From: an uncultured Gammaproteobacteria bacterium
Lineage (GTDB): Bacteria; Patescibacteriota; Patescibacteriia; UBA2591; UBA6264
Assembly (NCBI GenBank): GCA_964507075.1
Contig: CAZDOL010000006.1
Location: 6,511-38,510 of the forward strand
Reading direction: 5' to 3'
Length of the DNA: 32,000 bases
This document shows positions 16,969 through 25,172 of this stretch, piece after piece. Position 1 is the stretch's first letter; every line of letters begins with the position of its first letter. The notes below the pieces were generated by a model, which saw only the letters and a list, made by a program, of their open reading frames with translations, was not told the DNA's origin and searched no databases. The position numbers and the translations under genes are program-made.

Positions 16969-18303
16969 TTATCCACAAGTTATCCCCATATCCATTAAAA
17001 ATTCCTTAACTATTTTTCTGTCATCCCAAGCTATTTTTTGTCCATTTGGACCCATAATCCAGGGTTCAGACCCCTTGCCTGTAATAACCACAACATCCCC
17101 TTTTCGAGCCATAGCTAAAGCTTTTTTAATTGCTTCTCCTCTGTTAATAATTTTTTGAAATTTTTTGCTCTTAACGCCAGAAACTATTTGATTGATAATT
17201 TCATTTGGGTCTTCATTGTAAGGGTCTTCATTGGTGACAATAATCTTATCACAATATTTTTCAGCAATAGCTCCCAAGAGAGGTCTCTTTTGTTTGTCCC
17301 TTCCTCCCCCAGCTGAACCAAGGACACAGATTAATTGTTGATTATTGGTTGTTAATTCTTGATTTCTAAGGGTTTGATATACTTTTTCTAAAGAATCTGG
17401 GGTATGAGCATAATCAACAATAACTTGGAAAGGATAGTTAACCATAACTTCCATTCTGCCAGGAATTGTTTTAATTTTAGATAAAGCCTGCTTGCAAATG
17501 TTTAAATTTATTCCCTGTGACAAGACAAAACAAATTGCGCTTAAGCTGTTATAGATATTAAATTTGCTCAATAAATTTAATGTAAACCCTAAACCCTGAA
17601 CTGTAAACTTTGACCCCTTTGAATTTAATCTTATATCCTCTGCTTTAATAACTTTCAAATTTTGTCCAAGGTTTAATGTTTCTCGTTTAAAGTTTATTCC
17701 GTATCCATATTCTTTGTCAAATTCAAAATCTAAAAAATAAGAACTGTTCTTGTCATCTAAATTAACGATATTAACTTTTGGGATAATTCGGTCCTTGATT
17801 GTTTTACGACATCTTTGGCTTATGTGTTGAAAAAGTTTTTGTTTTGCTTGGCGATATTTTTCAAAACTTCCATGCGATTCAATGTGCTCTGGCGATAAAT
17901 TAGTAAAAATACCAATATCATAATTGATACCCAAATGTCTACATTGACTAACGCCCTGAGAAGTTGTTTCTATTATGGCATATTCACACCTATTCTGAAG
18001 CATTTTTCTTAAAAATTTTTGCAAAGAGAAACGACCTAACATAGTCATTTTTCTTTTATTGATAAACTCTTTCCCGGCAATCTTAAAATTAAATGTAGTG
18101 GTTAACCCTACTCTATGTCCTGCTTCTTCTAAAATTTGACAAATTAAATTAGCAACCGTAGATTTGCCAGCCGTACCTGTAATGCCAATCACAATCATGT
18201 GACGACTTGGATAGCCGTAAACAAAAGCTGCTAAATGAGCCAAAAACCAGTGATAAAATTGCCAGAAAGGCCTAGGAATTATTTTTTTTAATATTCTCTT
18301 CAT
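16969..18303 (-). CDS. Mur ligase family protein, MurE-like (UDP-MurNAc-tripeptide synthetase-like)
   Basis: P-loop GITGTAGKST, DYAHTPDSLEKV, and C-terminal VVVITGKGSEPW. The usual N-terminal UDP-binding domain of about 90 aa is replaced by a hydrophobic segment of about 35 aa. Confidence 0.75.
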   Translation of the reverse strand: MKRILKKIIPRPFWQFYHWFLAHLAAFVYGYPSRHMIVIGITGTAGKSTVANLICQILEEAGHRVGLTTTFNFKIAGKEFINKRKMTMLGRFSLQKFLRKMLQNRCEYAIIETTSQGVSQCRHLGINYDIGIFTNLSPEHIESHGSFEKYRQAKQKLFQHISQRCRKTIKDRIIPKVNIVNLDDKNSSYFLDFEFDKEYGYGINFKRETLNLGQNLKVIKAEDIRLNSKGSKFTVQGLGFTLNLLSKFNIYNSLSAICFVLSQGINLNICKQALSKIKTIPGRMEVMVNYPFQVIVDYAHTPDSLEKVYQTLRNQELTTNNQQLICVLGSAGGGRDKQKRPLLGAIAEKYCDKIIVTNEDPYNEDPNEIINQIVSGVKSKKFQKIINRGEAIKKALAMARKGDVVVITGKGSEPWIMGPNGQKIAWDDRKIVKEFLMDMGITCG

Positions 18304-18326
18304 TTATGTCTCGCTAAATTTTCAAT

Positions 18327-18602
18327 TTATTTCTTATTTAACTTCCCCTTCCTAAATATTTCTAATCTTTCATTAATTACCCGTTGGATGTTCTCTGGCC
18401 TAAGCTCATATATGGAAACACCCATAGTCGTATCTTCCAATCTTATGTCGGGTGAAGTAAACAACACGTAAGGAGGAGTTTTCTTATAGCCCTCTTGAAT
18501 GCCAAGGTAATTTAACCCCAATCCTTCTATAATTTCTCTGCATTCTTTCTCAGACAATACTTTCTCCATATTAAAAATTTTTTTATTTTCATCAAATTCC
18601 AT
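18327..18602 (-). CDS. Hypothetical protein (91 aa)
   Basis: The ORF sits co-directionally in a gap between the Mur ligase gene and scpB. I recognised no motif. Confidence 0.45.
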   Translation of the reverse strand: MEFDENKKIFNMEKVLSEKECREIIEGLGLNYLGIQEGYKKTPPYVLFTSPDIRLEDTTMGVSIYELRPENIQRVINERLEIFRKGKLNKK

Positions 18603-18628
18603 ATATTTTACCTATATTATTGATTTAT

Positions 18629-18647
18629 TTGGAAGCTGAGCTTCCAA
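18629..18647 (-). terminator. Hairpin immediately after the scpB stop (TTGGAAGC-TCA-GCTTCCAA on the - strand)
   Basis: A perfect 8-bp stem with a 3-nt loop, 3 nt after the scpB stop. It is followed by A/U-rich sequence but no clean U-run, so it may be a stabiliser or attenuator rather than a terminator. Confidence 0.3.
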
Positions 18648-18650
18648 ACT

Positions 18651-19232
18651 TTACTCCTCTTCGTTTAAGTTTCTATTATTTAATCTTTCGTAATCTGGGA
18701 GTTCCTGAACATCATTGATTCCAAGGTGTTTGATAAAATCTACACTAACAGAATAAATATTGTTATCATAGTCTATTTGTTCTTCGTTGGCTTGAAGTTT
18801 ATCATCCTTTGCGACCACCTTATTCACAACCTTCTCTATTATCAAACCCTTTATAAGAAGATGGCGGAGAATAATACTACAATTTATCCCTCTAATCTTT
18901 TCTAAGTCCAATTTAGTTAATGGTCCCCGATAAGCAATGATTGACAGTGTCTCTAAGGAAGCTGGGGTAAGTTCTTGGCAAACTTCTGTTTTTAAAAATT
19001 TCTGCACATATTCACTATTCTGAGGATTAGTCACCATTTGTAATGATTTGTCATTGTTAATAATATTTATGCCTCTATCAGGTTCTTTATATTCTTCAAC
19101 AAGTTCATTAAAAATTTCTTCCAAATCATTAACATTTTGACCAATGTTTTTAGCTATTTCTTTCTTGTCTATTGGCCTGTTTGCTATAAAAAGCAAGCTC
19201 TCAATATTGGATTTTAATTCTTGATTATTCAT
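18651..19232 (-). CDS. scpB: Segregation and condensation protein B
   Basis: IESLLFIANRPIDKKEIAK and LSIIAYRGPLTKLDLEKIRGINC match the ScpB winged-helix repeats. It lies downstream of scpA. Confidence 0.85.
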   Translation of the reverse strand: MNNQELKSNIESLLFIANRPIDKKEIAKNIGQNVNDLEEIFNELVEEYKEPDRGINIINNDKSLQMVTNPQNSEYVQKFLKTEVCQELTPASLETLSIIAYRGPLTKLDLEKIRGINCSIILRHLLIKGLIIEKVVNKVVAKDDKLQANEEQIDYDNNIYSVSVDFIKHLGINDVQELPDYERLNNRNLNEEE

Positions 19233-19244
19233 ATTTTAATTAAA

Positions 19245-19964
19245 TTATATTTTTTTATTTAAACTATTCTTAGAGGTTATATTAATATCTTCAAAAAGTC
19301 CCTTTTGATCAATCTCAATCTTGTGACATTTCATCAATTCTAAAATAGCTAAAAACATTACTGATTTCTCGGCTTTTGATTTATTTTCAATTACTTTATT
19401 AAATATAAACTGCCCTTTCTCATGCAACAAAGACAACATTTCATTTATCTTACTTTTTAAAGAGAAAACTCTACGCTTAACGGTTTTTAAAGACAATCTG
19501 GCTTGCTCTTTAATAATAAAAATAAAACTCCCAAAATTTTTTCTCAAAACATGAGAGTTAAGATTATGTGGAAAATTAAAGGCAAAAACAATCTTTCCAG
19601 ATAATTTATCTTTACTAAAACAACAACGTGGATTGGAAAAAAGTTCTCCTACTTTTTTGGTAGCAGAAACATATTCTTGATAAAGCCTTAATTGATTTAC
19701 CAAACCACGAGAATCTTCTTCGTCTTCGTCTAAAATCTGTTCTGGAAGCAACAATTTGGATTTAATGAGAATGAGTTTAGCAGCTATATTCAAAAAATCA
19801 GCTAATTCTCCCGTCCTAATTTTTTCAATCTCTTTTATGTAACCTAAAAACTGATTAGTCACCTGAACTAAAGCAATTTCCGTAATATCTAATTTTTCCT
19901 TTTCAATTAAATGCAACAACAAGTCAAATGGTCCTTGAAATTGAGGAAGATTAATATTGTACAT
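19245..19964 (-). CDS. scpA: Segregation and condensation protein A (kleisin)
   Basis: The N-terminus FQGPFDLLLHLIEKEKLDITEIALVQVTNQFLGYI is the ScpA signature. Confidence 0.85.
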   Translation of the reverse strand: MYNINLPQFQGPFDLLLHLIEKEKLDITEIALVQVTNQFLGYIKEIEKIRTGELADFLNIAAKLILIKSKLLLPEQILDEDEEDSRGLVNQLRLYQEYVSATKKVGELFSNPRCCFSKDKLSGKIVFAFNFPHNLNSHVLRKNFGSFIFIIKEQARLSLKTVKRRVFSLKSKINEMLSLLHEKGQFIFNKVIENKSKAEKSVMFLAILELMKCHKIEIDQKGLFEDINITSKNSLNKKI

Positions 19965-20010
19965 AAAAATATTAAAACAAATGTTAAATCTTATGTAAAA
20001 TAACGTTGAG

Positions 20011-20139
20011 ATGCGATATAACGCGTGATAATAAAATATTTAAATACAGGGTTAAAATTTTAGAAAAACATACCATTTAATGGCACGAGAAGGGTCCTTA
20101 GAGCAATGTTGCAAAAGACCAACCCGACGGGTTTGTATT
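20011..20139. repeat. Copy A of a conserved intergenic element of about 129 bp
   Basis: Collinear with 23550-23678. Both share ATGCGATATAA, then a 33-nt variable stretch, then an 85-nt core with about 75 of 85 positions identical by hand count. The core includes a 37-nt identical block (20097-20133). The right end abuts the alaS stop codon. Confidence 0.9.
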
Positions 20140-21958
20140 AATTAAGGATGGCTTTTATTCGGCGGATGCCGGCGCTACTGGATTTTTCTTTAATGATTTT
20201 GAATTGTCCTAATTCCTTAGTGTTTTTGACATGAGGTCCGGCACAAATTTCCATACTAAAAGGAAATTCTGAGCTTGTAGAAGAACTATCACCGATTGTG
20301 TAGACTTTGACTATTTCTGGATATTTTTCTCTGAAAAAAGCTAAAGCCCCCCCTTCAATTGCTTGCTTATATGGCATTTCTTTCATTGTGACAAGAAGCG
20401 CTTCTTGTATTTTCTTGTTTACAATTTCTTCTATTTTAATTTTTTCTTCTTCTGTTAATTTCTGAGAATAAGTAAAATCAAATCTAAGGCGTTCGGGGTT
20501 GATGTCTGAGCCAGCCTGATGGACACTATCTCCTAAAACTTCTCTTAATGCCTGATGTAAAAGATGAGTGGCAGTATGTAGCTTGGTAACCTTTATTTTA
20601 GATTCTTCGCTTTCAACACTATCAATGCCAACTCCCCCAAATTTATTCTGCACTCCCGCTTTAGAAATCTCTTGATGTTTTTTAGATTCTCTTTCAACAG
20701 CATTTTCATCTATTTTCAAATTTTCTTTTCTAGCTATTTCTCCCGTTACCCCAGGATGAAGACCATAAGTATCGTATAAATGAAAAACTGTCTTAGGGTC
20801 AAGAAAATTTTGTTTCTTGGAATGTGCTTCTTTAACTATATCTTTAAGTCTTTTCAATCCTATGGAAGTAGTTTGATTAAATTTATTTTCTTCGTTTTCT
20901 ATTGTCCTTAAAATGTCATCTTTATTTTCAACTAATTCTGGATAAAAATTAGAATATAAATCAATGGCTGTTTGGGCTATTGGGAGTAAAAATTCTTCTT
21001 GGTCGTTAATCAACTTTGAGCAACGCATTGCTCTTCTAATAAGACGCCTTAAGATATATCCCCTGTCTTCTTTGCTGGGCAGAATGCCATCTGAAATTAA
21101 AAAACAAGCTGCCCGAACATGGTCAGCAATAATTCTTTGATATTTTTTGTTAATTTCATCGACATTAGCAATTTCTTCAATCTTATGCATTAAAGGTAAA
21201 AATAAATCTGTTTCATAGTCAGAGGGCTTGTTTTGTAAAACGCAAGCTAATCTTTCCAAACCCGCGCCAGTGTCAATATTTTTAACTGTTAATTTTTCAT
21301 AACTTCCATCTGCTGTTTTATTATATTCCATAAAAACCAAGTTCCAAATTTCTACAAATCTTCCACAACTACAATTTGGTCCACAATTAGGCTGGTCGCA
21401 TTCTTTAATTTTAAAATTTAATCCTCTGTCATAATATATTTCCGAACAAGGGCCACAAGGACCGTTGCTACCAATTGGCCCCCAAAAATTATCTTTTATT
21501 CCAAAATAACTTATTCGTTCTTTGGGAATCCCGTTTTCTAACCAAATTTTTTCAGCTTCTTTGTCTACCTCTATTCCTTTAGTTCCATCAAAAAGAGTAA
21601 CCCAAATATGGGCAATATCTAAATAATAATAATTGGTTAATAGGTCCATTGCCATTTGAATTGCTTCTTTTTTAAAATAACCATCAAAAGACCAATTACC
21701 TAACATCTGAAAAAAGGTATGGTGAAATTCGTCTCCGACTTCCTCAATGTCTGAGGTGCGAAAACATTTTTGAATAGAACAAATTTCACTATCAATTGGA
21801 TTAATTTTTCCACTCAAAAAAGGAATAAATTGTTGCATGCCAGCAGAAGTAAAAAGCACGCTCTGATCAGCGGGAATCAAAGAAGACGAGGGCATAATTT
21901 TATGCCCCTTTTTTTGGAAATAATCTAAAAAAATTTCTCTAATTTCACTAACTTTCAT
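20138..21958 (-). CDS. alaS: Alanine--tRNA ligase, short form lacking the C-Ala domain
   Basis: FTSAGMQQF, NGPCGPCSEIYYD, and the editing-domain zinc motifs HTATHLLH and CAGPHV. The protein ends about 35 aa after CAGPHV, at 606 aa. Confidence 0.95.
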   Translation of the reverse strand: MKVSEIREIFLDYFQKKGHKIMPSSSLIPADQSVLFTSAGMQQFIPFLSGKINPIDSEICSIQKCFRTSDIEEVGDEFHHTFFQMLGNWSFDGYFKKEAIQMAMDLLTNYYYLDIAHIWVTLFDGTKGIEVDKEAEKIWLENGIPKERISYFGIKDNFWGPIGSNGPCGPCSEIYYDRGLNFKIKECDQPNCGPNCSCGRFVEIWNLVFMEYNKTADGSYEKLTVKNIDTGAGLERLACVLQNKPSDYETDLFLPLMHKIEEIANVDEINKKYQRIIADHVRAACFLISDGILPSKEDRGYILRRLIRRAMRCSKLINDQEEFLLPIAQTAIDLYSNFYPELVENKDDILRTIENEENKFNQTTSIGLKRLKDIVKEAHSKKQNFLDPKTVFHLYDTYGLHPGVTGEIARKENLKIDENAVERESKKHQEISKAGVQNKFGGVGIDSVESEESKIKVTKLHTATHLLHQALREVLGDSVHQAGSDINPERLRFDFTYSQKLTEEEKIKIEEIVNKKIQEALLVTMKEMPYKQAIEGGALAFFREKYPEIVKVYTIGDSSSTSSEFPFSMEICAGPHVKNTKELGQFKIIKEKSSSAGIRRIKAILN

Positions 21959-21962
21959 TCTT

Positions 21963-23432
21963 TTATTTGTTATTCTTCTCTTTTTCCGTGCGATTTTTCT
22001 TTAAACATGTTTTACAATAAACAGGCCGAACGCCGTCTGGAACAAAAGGAACTTGAACTGTAACTCCACAACCCGAACACTTGGCTTCATATTTTACTAT
22101 TTTCTCAGCTGGCAAAAATTCGCCAGGCTTTATTACGCCGCTCCAACGAGCTATTTTTTCTTCTACTAATTTTCGCGGTTCTGCATATCGTTCTCTAGAA
22201 ACTTTAATTATCTTTTGTGCATTACCCTCTGGTTTAGATAAAGGAGGTAAGGTTAAAGCGGAAAATGGTTCTGAGGTGAGCCCATCTATCATTAATTTAA
22301 CATATATATTATATTGATCTAAATCTACTAAATCCTCTTCTTCAAAACGTGGTACAAATTCTTTTGCCAAAAAATCAGCATCTTTAGCTCCCACCCTAAA
22401 AACAACCATAGTTCCTACGTTGCCAAATATAGCATCTCTAACCCGAGAAGTGTCCTTAACTGTTAACTGGTCAATATATTGATGAGCTAAAATTAAATTT
22501 AAATGATATTTTCGAGCTTCAGACAAAATGTCAGCAAAGGATTCAGTGGCAAAATTTTGAAATTCATCAACATAAAGATAAAAATCTTGTCTTTCCTCTT
22601 CTGGAATATTAATTCTACTCATAACGGCCATCTGAATTTTGGTAATCATCATTGCTCCCAACAAAGCTGAAGCATCCTCTCCGATTCTCCCCTTAGAAAG
22701 ATTCATAATTAGAATCTTTTTGTTATCCATTATCTCTCGCAAATTTATTTTTGACTTTACTTGACCTACAATGTCTCTAATTAAAGAAGTAGATAAAAAT
22801 TGCCCCACCTTATTCTGAATTGGAGCAATTGCCTCAGCGCGCAAACGGTCTGGATATTTGGGATATTCATTGGTCCAAAAAGATTTCACTACTGGGTCTG
22901 TTAAGCGATCAACAACCTTTTTTCTAAATTCCTTATCAACCAATATTCTCATAATTCCCAAAAGCGTGCTTCCGGGATATTCCAATAAGGCTAAAATTGT
23001 ATTTCTTAATACATACTCTAAGCGAGGACCCCAAGAATCAGCCCAAATTTTCTTAAAAACACCGACCAAACCAGAGGCCACCAAGTGACGTTGGCTGGCA
23101 TCCACCTGCTCTAAAACATTAAGAGCAAAGGGGTTTTCTGTATCTGCTGGATTAAAATATATAACATCATTGATTCTATTTGCCGGAATAAAATCTAAAG
23201 CCCTTTCAGCCAAATCACCATGAGGATCTACAATAGCAACTCCATGACCCATCTGAATATCTTGATAAATCATATTTTCTAATGTCGTTGATTTGCCAGT
23301 CCCAGTTTTACCAATTAAATACATATGGCGCCGACGATCTTGGCGCTTAATTCCAAATTTTTTACGAATATTTCGATAATTTGTTTCTGCAAAGAGGACT
23401 ATTTCATTATCGTTTTGCGAAAAATCAGCCAT
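21963..23432 (-). CDS. TraD/VirD4-like (TraG-D_C type) P-loop ATPase with a C-terminal CxxC-x17-CxxC zinc ribbon
   Basis: Walker A GKTGTGKST, Walker B-like FYLYVDEFQNF, then SEARKYHLNLILAHQYIDQL (typical of coupling-protein ATPases). The C-terminus is CSGCGVTVQVPFVPDGVRPVYCKTC. I chose the start at MADFSQ (23432) rather than the ORF-track ATG at 23468. No N-terminal TM segment is present. Confidence 0.75.
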   Translation of the reverse strand: MADFSQNDNEIVLFAETNYRNIRKKFGIKRQDRRRHMYLIGKTGTGKSTTLENMIYQDIQMGHGVAIVDPHGDLAERALDFIPANRINDVIYFNPADTENPFALNVLEQVDASQRHLVASGLVGVFKKIWADSWGPRLEYVLRNTILALLEYPGSTLLGIMRILVDKEFRKKVVDRLTDPVVKSFWTNEYPKYPDRLRAEAIAPIQNKVGQFLSTSLIRDIVGQVKSKINLREIMDNKKILIMNLSKGRIGEDASALLGAMMITKIQMAVMSRINIPEEERQDFYLYVDEFQNFATESFADILSEARKYHLNLILAHQYIDQLTVKDTSRVRDAIFGNVGTMVVFRVGAKDADFLAKEFVPRFEEEDLVDLDQYNIYVKLMIDGLTSEPFSALTLPPLSKPEGNAQKIIKVSRERYAEPRKLVEEKIARWSGVIKPGEFLPAEKIVKYEAKCSGCGVTVQVPFVPDGVRPVYCKTCLKKNRTEKEKNNK

Positions 23433-23439
23433 AGTCTTT

Positions 23440-23468
23440 ATTATATTAAGATTAGAGAAAAAAAACAA
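23440..23468 (-). promoter_or_regulatory. Candidate promoter TTGTTT-17 nt-TATAAT for the ATPase-alaS pair
   Basis: On the - strand, TTGTTT lies at 23468-23463 and TATAAT at 23445-23440, with a 17-nt spacer. The -10 ends 7 nt before the ATG at 23432, which would give a near-leaderless mRNA. The AT-rich background makes chance matches likely. Confidence 0.3.
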
Positions 23469-23549
23469 GATGGAACTTGGGGATTAAAAATATATACTAA
23501 TGATGATTTTTGATAATTAATTAATAAAACATGTCTGATATCAGCAGAA

Positions 23550-23678
23550 ATGCGATATAAGACGTTATGAAGAAATGAAAATGCATGTCCCCACAATTTT
23601 GAAAAAACATACCCTTTAATGACACAAGAAGTGGTCTTAGAGCAATGTTGCAAAAGACCAACCCGACGGGTTAGTATT
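23550..23678. repeat. Copy B of the conserved intergenic element of about 129 bp
   Basis: See copy A. The 37-nt identical block is at 23636-23672. The right end overlaps the stop codon and last codons of the MraY/WecA-family gene. Confidence 0.9.
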
Positions 23679-24747
23679 TTTTCTTTTTGGGGAGGAAATA
23701 TATTAGGAAGCTGCCGAGAATCACTAATGCTAACAGGGCTATAGCTTTGCCTTGAGTTTGTAAAAAAAGAGCAATAAAACCAAAAATCAAAGCAATGGAC
23801 CAATAAAAAATAACTGCCATGCGATGTGAAAGACCAGATTCAAGTAAACGAAAATGAAGATGCTTTTTGTCTGCACTAAAAACAGAATGACGTTTTTCAA
23901 AGAATCTCTGGAAGACAACACTAATTAAATCTAAAACAGCTAAACCTAAAATTAAAAAGGTTGTAGCAAATTTACTACCCGAGATTATAGCCAAAACACC
24001 CAAAAAAAACCCTGCCAAGAGGCTACCACCTTCTCCTAAAAAAATTTTAGCTGGATGAAAATTAAAAATTAAAAATCCCAAAAAAGCGCCTGCCAAAATT
24101 AAAGCCATAGTTGCTATATCTGGCTGATAAAATTGCGTGAATAAACAAAGAGCAGTAATGCTTAAAGCACCAATAACTGTAACACCTGAAACCAAACCAT
24201 CTAAACCATCAAGTAATTTAGTAGAATACATTAATAATAATAACCAAAAAAAAGTTAAAACATCGGATAAAGGAGTAAAATAATAAGGAACTCCATTTAA
24301 TCTAAGTATTTCAATCTTGATTGTATCAAAATATAAATAACCAGAACCAAAAGGATTATTCATAAATGTAATGCCTATTCCACTAATAATTATAGCTAAA
24401 CATGCTAAGACAGGCCAAATAAATTGTTGAACAGGAGATAAATGATATTTGTCATCTAAAAAACCGCCGAGCATTAAAAATGAGGCGGCAATTATTATAC
24501 CGATTAAGTGCTTATTCAATGGAACCAATCCTGGCAACAAAGAAAAATGTTTAGCAATTAATAAAACAATAAAGAATGAAAGAAAAATAGCAACTCCGCC
24601 CATAAGTGGAATTGCCTTAGTATGAATTTTTCTTTTGTTGGTTTCTGGCCTATCTAATATATTAAATTTAATTGCGAGCCATCGTATAAATGGTGTTAAA
24701 ATCAACGACAGAATAAAACTAACAAGAAAAAAAATTAAGAATAACAT
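23671..24747 (-). CDS. MraY/WecA-family polyprenyl-phosphate sugar-phosphate transferase (glycosyltransferase family 4)
   Basis: A polytopic membrane protein of about 10 TM segments, with MGGVAIF, GGFLDDKYHLSP and LLDGLDGLVSG, all motifs of the MraY/WecA superfamily. Confidence 0.8.
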   Translation of the reverse strand: MLFLIFFLVSFILSLILTPFIRWLAIKFNILDRPETNKRKIHTKAIPLMGGVAIFLSFFIVLLIAKHFSLLPGLVPLNKHLIGIIIAASFLMLGGFLDDKYHLSPVQQFIWPVLACLAIIISGIGITFMNNPFGSGYLYFDTIKIEILRLNGVPYYFTPLSDVLTFFWLLLLMYSTKLLDGLDGLVSGVTVIGALSITALCLFTQFYQPDIATMALILAGAFLGFLIFNFHPAKIFLGEGGSLLAGFFLGVLAIISGSKFATTFLILGLAVLDLISVVFQRFFEKRHSVFSADKKHLHFRLLESGLSHRMAVIFYWSIALIFGFIALFLQTQGKAIALLALVILGSFLIYFLPKKKKY

Positions 24748-24751
24748 AATA

Positions 24752-24796
24752 ATGCTCTAATGTTCAAATGTTCTCATGTTCAAATGTCTGATGGTC
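24752..24796. repeat. 8-nt-period array of ATGYTC hexamers, about 5-6 units
   Basis: atgctc(ta) atgttc(aa) atgttc(tc) atgttc(aa) atgtct(g) atggtc. This is the reverse orientation of the GAACAT arrays at 7493-7540 and 30224-30262. It covers the spacer before the transferase start (24747) and the last 10 codons of ruvX. Confidence 0.85.
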
Positions 24797-25162
24797 AATA
24801 TAATCTTGCAAAATAATGCTTGCTGCAATAGCGTGATTTTCTTTATTTGATGAGAAATTGTTGGCCATCTTACTCGTAAATCTTTCGTCAAAAATAACAA
24901 TTGGTAAATCAAATTCTTTTTTGCATTGTTTAATAAATTTCTCTGTTCTCTTTGTTTGTTCGCTACTATTGCCAGATAGACTAATTGGATGTCCAATTAT
25001 TACCTTTGTTATTTTTTGTTTTAAAATAATTTCTTGCAAATCTTTGAATAATAAAGAAATATTCTCTCCTTGTATTGTTTTATATGGTGTAGCTATCCTT
25101 GTTTGCAAAGGAGCAATGGCTAATCCAATATATTTGGCGCCATGGTCAATGGATAATAACAT
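24764..25162 (-). CDS. ruvX: YqgF/RuvX putative pre-16S rRNA nuclease / Holliday junction resolvase-like protein
   Basis: MLLSIDHGAKYIGLAIAP (N-terminal catalytic Asp region), GHPISLSGNSSEQT and VIFDERFTS are YqgF motifs. Confidence 0.85.
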   Translation of the reverse strand: MLLSIDHGAKYIGLAIAPLQTRIATPYKTIQGENISLLFKDLQEIILKQKITKVIIGHPISLSGNSSEQTKRTEKFIKQCKKEFDLPIVIFDERFTSKMANNFSSNKENHAIAASIILQDYIDHQTFEHENI

Positions 25163-25172
25163 AAGTTAAAAT

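Noticed and set aside
16969-16988. A perfect DnaA-box consensus TTATCCACA (16969-16977) followed by TTATCCCCA (16980-16988), next to a 190-bp AT-rich spacer. Another perfect box lies at 1759-1767. Possible oriC?
   Set aside because: There are only two perfect boxes, 15 kb apart, and a rough composition-based estimate gives about 0.4 expected by chance. The pair at 16969-16988 lies within the Mur ligase coding end. There is no dnaA or dnaN nearby, no box cluster, and no strand switch of genes at this point.
23441-23803. A 120-aa ORF on the - strand running through copy B of the 129-bp element. The same frame is also open across the conserved core of copy A (TRRVGLLQHCSK...).
   Set aside because: Its ATG lies inside the MraY/WecA-family gene in another frame. 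In copy A the frame is closed by a TAA immediately upstream with no start codon. Differences between the copies are not biased towards synonymous changes. The conservation is better explained at the nucleotide or RNA level.
24757-25169. ORFs 24757-24996 (-) and 24858-25169 (+), both overlapping ruvX.
   Set aside because: The ruvX frame carries clear YqgF motifs. The alternative frames are low-complexity, and one ends within the ATGTTC repeat array.
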